DNA of 64,000 nucleotides from assembly GCA_046583355.1 (NCBI GenBank), contig JAYGCM010000075.1, positions 1 through 64,000 of the forward strand, read 5' to 3'. The notes under the pieces were generated by a model, which saw only the letters and a program-made list of their open reading frames with translations, made no database searches and was not told the origin of the DNA. Shown piece by piece: positions 23,866-32,493 of the stretch. Every line of letters starts with the position of its first letter. Position 1 is the first letter of the stretch. The stretch comes from Deltaproteobacteria bacterium (GTDB lineage: Bacteria; Desulfobacterota; Binatia; UBA12015). Both the position numbers and the translations under genes were made by a program.

Positions 23866-24498
23866 ATGGCCGAGTTGCCCACGCAGATTGCGCTCTTCCC
23901 GCTGCCCAATGTGGTTCTTTTTCCGCGTGTCTCGCTGCCGCTGCATATCTTCGAGCCTCGCTACCGCGCCATGGTCGCCGATGTCCGCGCCACTGACGGC
24001 TGGATCGGCATGGTGCTCTTGCACCCGCGCGGTGTGGCCGGCCCGGGTGGCGGGCCACCCATTTTGCCAATCGGCTGCGCCGGACAGATCCGCCGCTTCG
24101 ACCTTCTCAAAGACGGTCGCTCGAATCTCATGCTCGAAGGGATGCGCCGCTTCCGCGTCGAAGAAGAAGACGCGGAGCGCGTCTACCGCCGGGCCCGTGT
24201 CGCCTGGCTTGGTTCGGAGGAGGCCGAGCACTCGCTGGCAGTGCTGCCCGCGGGGTTGCTCGAGGAGGTCGAGGTGCTTCTGCGCCGCGAGGGCCGCGGC
24301 TTCAAGGGAAAGCTGATCGATCATCTCCCTGCGGATCTCGCGCTTCTGGTCAATACGCTCTCGTTTGCCCTGGACTTCGCGATGGTCGAGAAGGTCGCGC
24401 TACTTGAGTGCGAAAGTGTCGCCGCGCGTGCCGAGCGCTTGGGCGAGTTGGTTCGGTTTCGGCTCGCCGCCGGCAAGGCGCCCGATACGCTGCAATAG
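23866..24498 (+). CDS. LON peptidase substrate-binding domain protein (no protease domain)
   Basis: LFPLPNVVLFP..LPLHIFEPRYRAMV..DGR signature. Confidence 0.92.
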   Translation: MAELPTQIALFPLPNVVLFPRVSLPLHIFEPRYRAMVADVRATDGWIGMVLLHPRGVAGPGGGPPILPIGCAGQIRRFDLLKDGRSNLMLEGMRRFRVEEEDAERVYRRARVAWLGSEEAEHSLAVLPAGLLEEVEVLLRREGRGFKGKLIDHLPADLALLVNTLSFALDFAMVEKVALLECESVAARAERLGELVRFRLAAGKAPDTLQ

Positions 24499-24553
24499 CC
24501 GGTCCCTCCGCCCGACCTCTACGCATCCGGCGCGCATTCGTTATCAGGAGGGA

Positions 24554-24826
24554 ATGGCAAAGATTCCCGGCTTTCTCGCGTTGGCGGCTCTGGTCGCCGG
24601 CATCGTGACCTTTTTGCTCGGCGTGGCGCTCGGCCGCGGCCAGGCCGAGGTGGCGTCGGTAATCTACGCTGGCCTGGTCACGCTTTTCCTTCAGGTATTC
24701 GCGGTCGCGGTCACCTTCGTGCACGCGCGCCTGCTTGGCGAAGAACGCGAGGAGTTGCTGGCGCGCATCGAGGCCGGCAAGAAGTCTCCTGGTAAATCGA
24801 CAAAGGTGGAAGAGGGAGGGCAGTAG
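24554..24826 (+). CDS. Small two-TM membrane protein
   Basis: GGAGG RBS, two hydrophobic segments, in operon context. Confidence 0.72.
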   Translation: MAKIPGFLALAALVAGIVTFLLGVALGRGQAEVASVIYAGLVTLFLQVFAVAVTFVHARLLGEEREELLARIEAGKKSPGKSTKVEEGGQ

Positions 24827-24867
24827 AGGCAAGCGCGTGCTAGCCTTTTGCCCATCCGAGGTGATCC

Positions 24868-26043
24868 ATGAAGCGCAGTTTACAAGATGTTCTGAGCGCG
24901 GCCCGCGAGGTCGTTGCCGAGGTTTCCACTGACGATGTGGCGGCCCGTATCAAAGCCGGCACCGCCGGCGTATTGGTTGATGTGCGGGAGAAGGAAGAGT
25001 TTCGCGACGGGCATCTGCCCGAGGCCCTCTCCGTTCCGCGCGGCTTTCTCGAAATCCAGATCGAGACAGCGGTCCCGGACCGCGAGACGCCCATCATTGC
25101 CTATTGTCAGGGCGGTACGCGTTCGCTGATCGCCAGCCAGGCCTTGGTCGGCATGGGCTACACCAATGTGGTGTCCATGGCGGGCGGCTACGGGCAATGG
25201 AAAGACGCGGGCCACGAATGGGTCACGGATTTCCAGTTCACGCCCGACCAATTGCAGCGCTATAGCCGCCATTTCCTCCTGCCCGAGGTGGGTGAAGAGG
25301 GCCAGGCCAAACTGCTTGAGGCGAAAGTTCTGCTGATTGGCGCCGGCGGCCTCGGCTCGCCGACGGCCTATTATCTGGCCGCGGCCGGCGTCGGTACCAT
25401 CGGCATCGTCGACGACGATGTGGTCGACCGCTCGAACCTCCAACGCCAGATCCTGCACGCCGAAGACCGCGTCGGCATGCCGAAGGTCGAGTCGGCCAAG
25501 ATGACCCTGGAAGGGCTCAACCCGGACGTCAATGTCGTGACCTACCAGGAGCGCATCAGCTCCGAGAATGTCATGCAGATTTTTGCCGACTACGATATCA
25601 TCGTTGACGGCTGCGATAATTTCCCGACTCGCTACCTGGTCAACGATGCTTGCGTCTTCCTGCGCAAGCCCAATGTGCACGGCAGCATCTTCCAATTCGA
25701 GGGCCAGGCCACGGTCTTCGAGCCCTTCGAAGGCCCTTGCTACCGCTGCCTCTTCCCCGAGCCGCCGCCTCCGGGTGCGGCACCTTCTTGCGCCGAAGCC
25801 GGCGTGCTGGGTGTGCTGCCGGGTCTGGTCGGCTGCATCCAGGCCGTGGAGACCGTCAAGCTGATTCTCGGTGCCGGCCGCAGTCTCAATGGCCGCCTGC
25901 TCCATCTCGACACGCTCGCGATGGAAATCAACACCCTCAAGCTGCGCCGCGACCCCGCATGCCCGGTTTGCGGCGAGAACCCGACTGTCACCGAGTTGAT
26001 TGACTACGAAGAGTTCTGCGGCTTGCGCGCTGCCGGGGGCTGA
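24868..26043 (+). CDS. moeB: Rhodanese + ThiF/MoeB E1-like adenylyltransferase
   Basis: N-terminal rhodanese (DVRE..GHLP..YCQGGTRS); RYSRH, GAGGLG, SNLQRQ, CYRC, CPVC. Confidence 0.92.
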   Translation: MKRSLQDVLSAAREVVAEVSTDDVAARIKAGTAGVLVDVREKEEFRDGHLPEALSVPRGFLEIQIETAVPDRETPIIAYCQGGTRSLIASQALVGMGYTNVVSMAGGYGQWKDAGHEWVTDFQFTPDQLQRYSRHFLLPEVGEEGQAKLLEAKVLLIGAGGLGSPTAYYLAAAGVGTIGIVDDDVVDRSNLQRQILHAEDRVGMPKVESAKMTLEGLNPDVNVVTYQERISSENVMQIFADYDIIVDGCDNFPTRYLVNDACVFLRKPNVHGSIFQFEGQATVFEPFEGPCYRCLFPEPPPPGAAPSCAEAGVLGVLPGLVGCIQAVETVKLILGAGRSLNGRLLHLDTLAMEINTLKLRRDPACPVCGENPTVTELIDYEEFCGLRAAGG

Positions 26044-26048
26044 GCCGC

Positions 26049-26285
26049 ATGAAGGTGACGATCAAACCGGTTGCGGCCTTGCGCAAATTCCTCCCCGAAG
26101 GAGTGACGGATCAGGTCGAGCTGGAGCTGCCTGAGGGCGCGACGGCCGCCGACGCCGCGGCCGCACTCGGTATTCCAGCCGGCCACGCCGGCGTAGCTTT
26201 CCTCGACAACCAGAAAGCCGACCTCGATACCGTGCTCCAGGACGGGCAGGTCGTCGGGCTGATTCCGCCGCTGGGCGGCGGCTGA
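26049..26285 (+). CDS. MoaD/ThiS-family ubiquitin-like sulfur carrier
   Basis: 78 aa ending IPPLGGG, directly after the E1-like gene. Confidence 0.9.
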   Translation: MKVTIKPVAALRKFLPEGVTDQVELELPEGATAADAAAALGIPAGHAGVAFLDNQKADLDTVLQDGQVVGLIPPLGGG

Positions 26286-26301
26286 GCAAAAGCTCCGCGC
26301 G

Positions 26302-26665
26302 AAAAAAACCCCGAGGACGCATTCTCGCGCGGCTCACGACGCATAGCGTCAGAGTGCGCGGGCCCTGCCGGTTTATACAGGGTGCCCTCGGGGCCGATGG
26401 TGCCTGGAACTCCAAGCCACCACGCGTGGTTCGTGACTGGCCTAGGAGGCCACCACCTCACAGATCACCGTGTTTATACTATCATTCAATTTGGACCACC
26501 TCCGTTTCCGGCGCCGCCGAACGAGAACTCCTCGCCCGGCATTCCGCGGGCCCAGCCCCGCTCAGACCCAAGCAGCCGCCGATGCTGCCCCGTCTGCGCG
26601 ATTCACCGAAAAGGGCAGACTATCTACCGTTCCGGGTACCGAGCGCTGTGTTCCGCTCGAACCGC
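26302..26665 (-). ncRNA. Putative structured RNA with 16S-tail-complementary sites (unassigned family)
   Basis: Upstream promoter-like site; several hairpins whose G:U pairs only form on the minus strand; closing stem CCCCGAGG/CCTCGGGG followed by U7; 5' boundary inferred. Confidence 0.55.
26442..26489 (-). CDS. Putative 15-aa sORF MNDSINTVICEVVAS
   Basis: TTG start 9 nt after the GGAGG of an extended SD GGAGGTGGTCCA; TAG stop within a hairpin. Confidence 0.4.
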   Translation of the reverse strand: MNDSINTVICEVVAS

Positions 26666-26671
26666 AGGCCG

Positions 26672-26700
26672 ACAATACGCCGATCGTCCGCATAAGTAAA
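26672..26700 (-). promoter_or_regulatory. Putative sigma70 promoter for the structured RNA
   Basis: TTTACT-N17-TATTGT on the minus strand, an AT-rich patch in GC-rich context. Confidence 0.5.
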
Positions 26701-26781
26701 TGCACCGGTCGACACGATCGTGGGAGAGCTCTTCGACGCTCCGGTGTAGGTGGCGCGCCGCCTGCAGCGGCGCCGGCGCGC

Positions 26782-27348
26782 TTAGTCCTTGGCGCGCGAG
26801 ACGTAATCGCCCGACTCGGTCGCAACGCGGATGACGTCGCCTACCGAGATGAAGCTCGGTACCTGGACGACCAGGCCGGTCTCGGTGGTCGCGGGCTTCA
26901 ATTGGGCGGCCGCGGTCGCGCCTTTGATGGCCGGCGCGGTGTCTTTCACTTCGAGGTCGACGTTCTTGGGTAGCGAGACGCCCAGCGGCTTGCCCTCGAA
27001 GGATTCGACGTCAATTTTCATATTGGGAAGAAGGAAACGCTCGCTCTTGCCGAGGTCGGCCGAGGTCAATTCGATCTGCTCGTAGTTCTCGGTGTTCATG
27101 AAGTGGAAGACCTCGCCGTCGGAGTAGAGGTATTCCATTTCGTTCTGCTCGAGTGTGGCGCGGTCGACCTTGTCGCTTGACGCGAAGCGATGCTCGGAGG
27201 AGTTGGCTGTGCGCAGGTTGCGCAATTTGGTTTGCACCATGCCGCGCCAATTTCCTGGCGTGACATGCATCACATGGAAGACACGTTGCAGCTCGCCGTT
27301 GTGCATGATGACCATGCCGACGCGGAGTTGAGTGGCGGTAATCAGCAT
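26782..27348 (-). CDS. efp: Elongation factor P (PGN-tip variant)
   Basis: VQTKLRNL, YLYSDG, FMNTENYEQ, KPATTETG, VPSFI; 188 aa. Confidence 0.96.
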   Translation of the reverse strand: MLITATQLRVGMVIMHNGELQRVFHVMHVTPGNWRGMVQTKLRNLRTANSSEHRFASSDKVDRATLEQNEMEYLYSDGEVFHFMNTENYEQIELTSADLGKSERFLLPNMKIDVESFEGKPLGVSLPKNVDLEVKDTAPAIKGATAAAQLKPATTETGLVVQVPSFISVGDVIRVATESGDYVSRAKD

Positions 27349-27394
27349 TGCGAATTCCTTCCAGGTCCAGAGGCGATCAGATTCCTGGGACTCT

Positions 27395-27859
27395 TCATCG
27401 ATCGAGCGAAATCCATATGGTGACGAGGGTCAGCAGGACGGTCGTCCAGGCGGCGCCGCCGAGTCGGCCGAGGCGGCTGTTGAGCACCCGTTCGTCGACA
27501 TCTTCGCCCCATTGTTCTTCGCGCACGACGCGGTGGCCGATGCCCATGGATACCCAGGTGCCGGCCATCACGACGAAGAAGGCCAGGGTGAGTTTGGTGG
27601 CGAAAAAGGCTCCGACGCTGGCGAAATAGGCTCCGCCCATCTCGGCCTTGAGGTTCGTGATGCTCCAGGCGCCGGTCATTACCATCATGCCGAGCAAGGC
27701 GATGGCGAGAGGGTCGTAGATCTTCAATACCCAGGCCAGGCGCGCACGGCGTCGGCGCGGGTCGGTAGCGGCGCGGGCGTGGCGCACGGTAAAGAGTGCG
27801 AGGCCGAGCGTAGCGCCCAGGAAGGCGCCGGTGGCGAGCAGATGGATCCAGAGGAGCAC
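27395..27859 (-). CDS. Four-TM membrane protein (CopD/HemJ-like fold possible)
   Basis: LWIHLLA start and four hydrophobic helices. Confidence 0.7.
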   Translation of the reverse strand: MLLWIHLLATGAFLGATLGLALFTVRHARAATDPRRRRARLAWVLKIYDPLAIALLGMMVMTGAWSITNLKAEMGGAYFASVGAFFATKLTLAFFVVMAGTWVSMGIGHRVVREEQWGEDVDERVLNSRLGRLGGAAWTTVLLTLVTIWISLDR

Positions 27860-27938
27860 TCTGACGGCCTACCGAATGGCGCGGCTTCCCGCATCCGGCG
27901 ATTGCTTCATTTCCCGTCCCTTGCTTCGCTAGCCCTCG

Positions 27939-28214
27939 ATGGCGGAGGCAGAGGCAGGGGAGCTCTTCTACCGGGGCACGATCATGCGCTACTCCCTGGC
28001 TCATGGTGGCGGGCTGATTCGCAGTGCTACCGGGCGCGAACTCGAGTTCGACCTGCGCTTCGTGCGGCTGCATGAAGACTACCGGGGGCGCGAGCCAAAG
28101 ATCACGCTAGCCGAAGGCCTTGAGGTCGGCTTCGACGTCGGCCGGACGTCGCGCGGCCTTCTTGTCTCCCGCCTCTTTCCCCCGTCCGCCGCACCGGCAC
28201 CTGGCAGCCTGTAA
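27939..28214 (+). CDS. Small protein, degenerate cold-shock/OB-fold-like
   Basis: RGTIMRY..GGGLI..LEF..LAEGLEVGFDV..RG mirrors the CSD pattern. Confidence 0.65.
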   Translation: MAEAEAGELFYRGTIMRYSLAHGGGLIRSATGRELEFDLRFVRLHEDYRGREPKITLAEGLEVGFDVGRTSRGLLVSRLFPPSAAPAPGSL

Positions 28215-28270
28215 CGAGTTGGCGACTGGAGCCGCGGGTGAGGCGATAGTGGTGGGTGTGGGGTTGGATG

Positions 28271-28675
28271 TCAGCGCGCGCGAAGTTCGCGAAGGGTCGC
28301 GAGAACGTCCCATTCGGTTGCCGCCCGCTCGATGTACTCCCAATCGAGATCCTCGATCTCGACAAGGCCGAGCAGGTCAATTTGATCTTGGGGGCGGTTG
28401 GCGATCAGCTTGAGAACGATCAGGTCCTCGGCGGTGGCAACGCGGACCTCCCCACCGCGCACGGCCACTGCGCGTTGGACGAGGGTGCGCTGGAAGTCGG
28501 TCTTGGCAGTTTGAATCTCGAGGAGGATGGCCCGTTCCGCGTGATCGAAGCGAAGGAAGTCCGGACCCGACGGCAGGTTGTCGCCGAAGCGCTTCCCGCT
28601 GGTGAAGCCGGCTTCGAGCAGGGTGCTCTGCCGCCGCCCGAGGAACGCCAAGGGATCCTGGGTTGCGACGGTCAA
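28271..28675 (-). pseudogene. Nucleotidyltransferase-like protein apparently lacking its N-terminal catalytic motif
   Basis: C-terminal VATAEDLIVLKLIANRPQDQIDL and LDWEYI are typical of this family; no GG..R.T.D.D motif. Confidence 0.6.
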
Positions 28676-28902
28676 GGCCGGTAGAGCCCCAACCTGTGCG
28701 CGCGCTCGTAGAGTTCAGGCGCGGTTGTGCGCGGCGGTTTCGGCGCAACCGTGTCGCGGAAGCGTTCGCAGAACTGCCAGCTGCGGCGCAACCGTTCGGC
28801 CAGCGGGAGTGCACGGTGTTGGGCATTCGCTACGTCGTGCGACGCTGCCTTCTGCTCGCCGATCCTGCGGAAGTGTGCCCGGTCGGATTCGGAAACGGCG
28901 AT
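28672..28902 (-). pseudogene. Small antitoxin-like ORF without a canonical start codon
   Basis: Open frame (I)AVSESDRAHFRRIG..LPLAERLRRS..LGLYRP*; begins ATC with stops just upstream; TTGA overlap with the next gene; absent from the ORF track. Confidence 0.5.
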
Positions 28903-29085
28903 GAGTGAATGCTACTACACGCAGCCCAGCCAAGCCAAGCGCACCGTAATTCCGAGTCCCTTGCTTCTCTGCCTCTTGATCGCCGCGGCCAATTGCAAGG
29001 TAATAGAGCGTCTGATTGCAAGGTAGTAGGGCGCCTGATGGCAAGTTTTCCTGGCCGCACCCAATTGTAGTACTCGGCCGCACCT

Positions 29086-29880
29086 CTACAGGGGGAAGCC
29101 GGTGGTGAAGGTGAAATAGCGGCCGATGAAGGCGCCTGTCAGGACGAAGATCAGCTCTATGTAGAAGAGGCCGGTGGCGGCCATGGTCTGGGGGATCTGC
29201 AGGACCCGGTAGACCAGAAACCCGATCACCAGCGCCGGTAGCGGGCCCAGTAGCGCGCGCAGCAGGACTACATTTCCGTGGCCGAGGAAATTGCCATCGC
29301 CGATGAAGACCAAGGTGGTCGCCGCCACGGCCAGGATGCCGGTCTCCAAGAGTAGGGTGCCGACGAAGAAGCGGAAGCAATTGCGGAAGGGCTCGATGTC
29401 CATGTCGATATCGATCAGATACCAATGCCCGAACCACATGCCGGTCCAGACGCCGCCCAGGACACCGGCGCCGGCAAAGCTTGTGAGAATGGCCAGAATG
29501 CTCACCAGGACGCCGAATTGGTGCGAGAGCGCCACGGCGCTCACGGCGAGGCCGAGGAAGCCGAGCAGCAATGCCAAGGGGAAGAGTCGCGCCCGGGCCA
29601 GCTCGGCCTCGCCCCAGAGGGTCGAGACATAAAGCCCCATGACGGGAAGAAAGGCGATCCAGAGGGCGACCTCAAAGGGGCTGATCGTGCTCTCGGGGCG
29701 CGTGAAATACAGGTAGATCGTGCCGCCCGCGCCGAGCAGGGCGAAGATGAAATAGATCGTTCCGGTTGATTTGAAGAAGCCACGCTCGACGCTGCGAAAG
29801 GGTGGGACGGCCAGCGAGAGCAGGCCGCCCACGGCGCTTTGGCAGAGAACGAGAAGAAAACAGCGAGCAAATTCGGTCAT
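29086..29880 (-). CDS. Polytopic membrane protein of unknown function
   Basis: About eight hydrophobic segments, GMWFGHWYL motif. Confidence 0.8.
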   Translation of the reverse strand: MTEFARCFLLVLCQSAVGGLLSLAVPPFRSVERGFFKSTGTIYFIFALLGAGGTIYLYFTRPESTISPFEVALWIAFLPVMGLYVSTLWGEAELARARLFPLALLLGFLGLAVSAVALSHQFGVLVSILAILTSFAGAGVLGGVWTGMWFGHWYLIDIDMDIEPFRNCFRFFVGTLLLETGILAVAATTLVFIGDGNFLGHGNVVLLRALLGPLPALVIGFLVYRVLQIPQTMAATGLFYIELIFVLTGAFIGRYFTFTTGFPL

Positions 29881-30072
29881 AGGTTTCGGGGTCCGTTCGG
29901 TGGCGCCTGCGTGGAGCAGGGCGTCTGGCCTGCTCGGGGTCTAGCGAAAACGCGTGGTGTCGCAAGGGCGGGCCTTGATCCAAGGCAGACGAGCGGGCAA
30001 GCTATCTGGACGGGCCCGGTCGCGGGCGATGGGGATGTGGGTGAGGTGAGCATGGATACCGATAGAGGCAGA

Positions 30073-30609
30073 ATGAATATGACGAGTTCTATAATCCGCA
30101 GTGGCGCCGGCGTGGCGCTCTCGCTTGCGCTTGTGGTGGCACCGGCGAGCGCGTGGGCAGGCAAGGTTTCCGCTGCGCCGATCGCGGCCGGCGAGGTCGT
30201 TGAGCTCGAAATCGTGGTCGATGTCGAGGATCTGATCCTCGGCGGTCCGGTCACGGCCGAGCAGGGCGCGCAGGGCCAGGACCTCGGCAAATGGTCCAAT
30301 TATGCGGAACCTGGGGATCTCGTCGCGGTACCGCCCGCCGGTCCTGGTGGCGATTCGCCCAATCGCGACCGCGCGGGTCGCGCGCTGCTCTCGGTTGCCT
30401 CGGCGGTTGGCAGCATCGCCTATTTCCCGATCAAGCTCGTCATCGGCACCGCAGGTGCGTTTTTCGGCGGTGTCGCCGGTGCCCTCTCGGGCGGCGATCA
30501 GGCCACGGCCGCAGGCATCTGGAATGTCACCACGGACGGTGATTATTTTGTCAGTCCTGAAGAGATCGCCGGCGACCGCGAATTCCGTATGACCGGCGAC
30601 CATCGCTAG
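30073..30609 (+). CDS. Exported or membrane hypothetical protein
   Basis: Signal-peptide-like N-terminus ending AWA; Gly-rich hydrophobic C-terminal segment; start uncertain. Confidence 0.7.
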   Translation: MNMTSSIIRSGAGVALSLALVVAPASAWAGKVSAAPIAAGEVVELEIVVDVEDLILGGPVTAEQGAQGQDLGKWSNYAEPGDLVAVPPAGPGGDSPNRDRAGRALLSVASAVGSIAYFPIKLVIGTAGAFFGGVAGALSGGDQATAAGIWNVTTDGDYFVSPEEIAGDREFRMTGDHR

Positions 30610-30640
30610 GCGGTCGGTCACGCGGGAGTCAGGGGGGATC

Positions 30641-31213
30641 ATGCCGGGTACGACGCGACAGGCGACCATTTTCGAGGTGCTCGATCTCGCCATCGAACTC
30701 GAGCGTCGCACCATGGAACTCTATGCCGGCTTCATGCGGGCCTTTGCCGATACGCCCGAACTGGCCGATTTCTGGTTTGGTATGGCGCGTCATGAGGCCG
30801 GGCATTGCGGGGCACTCTCCTTGGTGGAATGCCTTCTGCGTGATGAGCCCTCCACTCTCACCAAGAAGCGGGTTTCGTTTGATTCACGCACGGTGGTGCG
30901 GCTGCGCGGTCTGCTGGCGGGCTACCGCCGCGAGCTGAAGCGCGGCATTACGCCCCAGCGTGCCTTCGAGATGGCGATCGACCTGGAGGCCTCCGAACTC
31001 GAAGATGTGGTGGTGGATCTCCTCGATGTGGTACCTGATGCCGGGCGGCGCTCGCAGGCCGCGCGGATGCTCACCCATGATCTCGGCGACCTGAGTTATA
31101 TGATCGAGAAGCATACCAACGACGATGCGCTTCTTGCCCGAGCCGATGCGCTTTTCGAGCGGCGCAGGGCGATGCCGCGCCCCGCGAGCGCCCCGGCGCC
31201 TTCCGGCCATTGA
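30641..31213 (+). CDS. Ferritin-like/rubrerythrin-domain protein
   Basis: LAIELE..LY..MARHEAGH and MAIDLE helix motifs. Confidence 0.75.
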   Translation: MPGTTRQATIFEVLDLAIELERRTMELYAGFMRAFADTPELADFWFGMARHEAGHCGALSLVECLLRDEPSTLTKKRVSFDSRTVVRLRGLLAGYRRELKRGITPQRAFEMAIDLEASELEDVVVDLLDVVPDAGRRSQAARMLTHDLGDLSYMIEKHTNDDALLARADALFERRRAMPRPASAPAPSGH

Positions 31214-31470
31214 GCCGGCGCCTTCAAGGCGCTGCTTGTCGGTCGGATCTCTACTCGGGGAGGGGAAAGTCGTGGATGGGCGCGGCCTCGACGAAGACGG
31301 AGGGGAATTCATTGCGCTCTGCGGATCTCTCTTCTGCTTGCGCAAATGCCGTGCCGGCCGTTTTCCCTCGGTCCAAGGCGAATTCGGTTGGTGGAGGCGT
31401 TGCATCGGTCGCGAAGTGGCGAAATCTCGCCGCCACGGCGCAAGGGGCGCCACCGATTGCAGGGCTCCTG

Positions 31471-32493
31471 ATGGCACAGTATTCCCATCGAGTGTCGAAA
31501 ATCGGAGCAGAAGCAGTGGCGAAGGCCTGCGCGAATGTCGCGCTCGTCAAGTATTGGGGCAAAAGGGATGCAGCAGCAAACCTTCCGGCCGTCGGCAGTA
31601 TCTCGCTGACGCTGGCCGGGCTTGTGGCCTCGGCGCGGGTGGGGCCTGCCGCAGGGGCGCGGTTTTCGAGCGCGGGCGAGGCCATTGGCGGCACAGCCCA
31701 TGCGCGCATGGTCGAGTTCCTCGATTGGCTGAGTAGCGCCTACGGTGAGGGGGCCGCGCTTGGTGCGGATATCGATGTGAATTTCCCCGTGGCGGCGGGC
31801 CTGGCTTCGTCGGCGGCGATTTATTGCGCGGTCGCCACGGCGGCACTTTCCGTGGTCGGCGCTCGCGTCTCGCGCCGCGAGCTCTCCACGATCGCGCGGC
31901 GCGGTTCGGGTTCGGCTTCGCGCTCGGTCTTCGGAGGCCTGGTCGAATGGCATATCGGCACGCGCGAGGACGGGACAGACTCCGATGCCGAGCCTCTCCT
32001 GGGTCCGGCGGAGTGGGATATCGGCATGGTGGTTGCCGTACTCGACGAGGGCAAAAAGAAGACCTCGTCGCGCGATGCCATGGACCATGTGGCGGCGACC
32101 TCGCCGCTCTATCCGGCCTGGCTGGAATCGCAGGAAAGCGATTTGCTGGCGATGCGCACGGCGATCGCGGCGCGCGACCTGGCCGCGGTGGGGCGCATCA
32201 CAGAGGAAAATACGCTGCGGATGCATGCCATCACGCTCGCGGCTCGGCCCGCTGTCATCTATTGGAAGCCGGCGACTTTGCGCGTCATGCATGCAGTTCA
32301 TGCAATGCGCGAAGAAGGCATCCCGGCCTTCTTCACGATGGACGCCGGGCCCCAGGTGAAGGTGCTCACCGCGGGCTCCGAGCTGGCACGGGTCGGCGCG
32401 CGACTGGCCGCGCTCCCCGGTGTCGTGCGGGTGATCGAAGCGCGTCCGGGTGAAGGCGTTACGATGGTGCAGGGGGACGCCCCTTGGAGGTAG
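31471..32493 (+). CDS. mvaD: Diphosphomevalonate decarboxylase
   Basis: NVALVKYWGK, GLASSAA, GSGSASRS, TMDAGP; start may instead be GTG 31492. Confidence 0.94.
   Translation: MAQYSHRVSKIGAEAVAKACANVALVKYWGKRDAAANLPAVGSISLTLAGLVASARVGPAAGARFSSAGEAIGGTAHARMVEFLDWLSSAYGEGAALGADIDVNFPVAAGLASSAAIYCAVATAALSVVGARVSRRELSTIARRGSGSASRSVFGGLVEWHIGTREDGTDSDAEPLLGPAEWDIGMVVAVLDEGKKKTSSRDAMDHVAATSPLYPAWLESQESDLLAMRTAIAARDLAAVGRITEENTLRMHAITLAARPAVIYWKPATLRVMHAVHAMREEGIPAFFTMDAGPQVKVLTAGSELARVGARLAALPGVVRVIEARPGEGVTMVQGDAPWR

Noticed and set aside
26111..26461. Minus-strand ORF MRWWPPRP..WW as a Trp attenuator or EF-P-sensing leader
   Set aside because: No downstream same-strand gene to regulate; it runs through the U-tail and antisense into moaD; the Trp codons arise from the GGTGG SD-like repeats
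26302..26665. tmRNA (standard or permuted) interpretation of the structured RNA, prompted by its length and the tag-like NDS..VVAS peptide
   Set aside because: No tRNA-like domain: no GGTTCGA.TCC T-arm with matching acceptor stem, and no CCA end
31210..31470. 87-aa N-terminal extension of MvaD from TTG 31210
   Set aside because: Family similarity starts near NVALVKYWGK; the extension looks like open intergenic sequence
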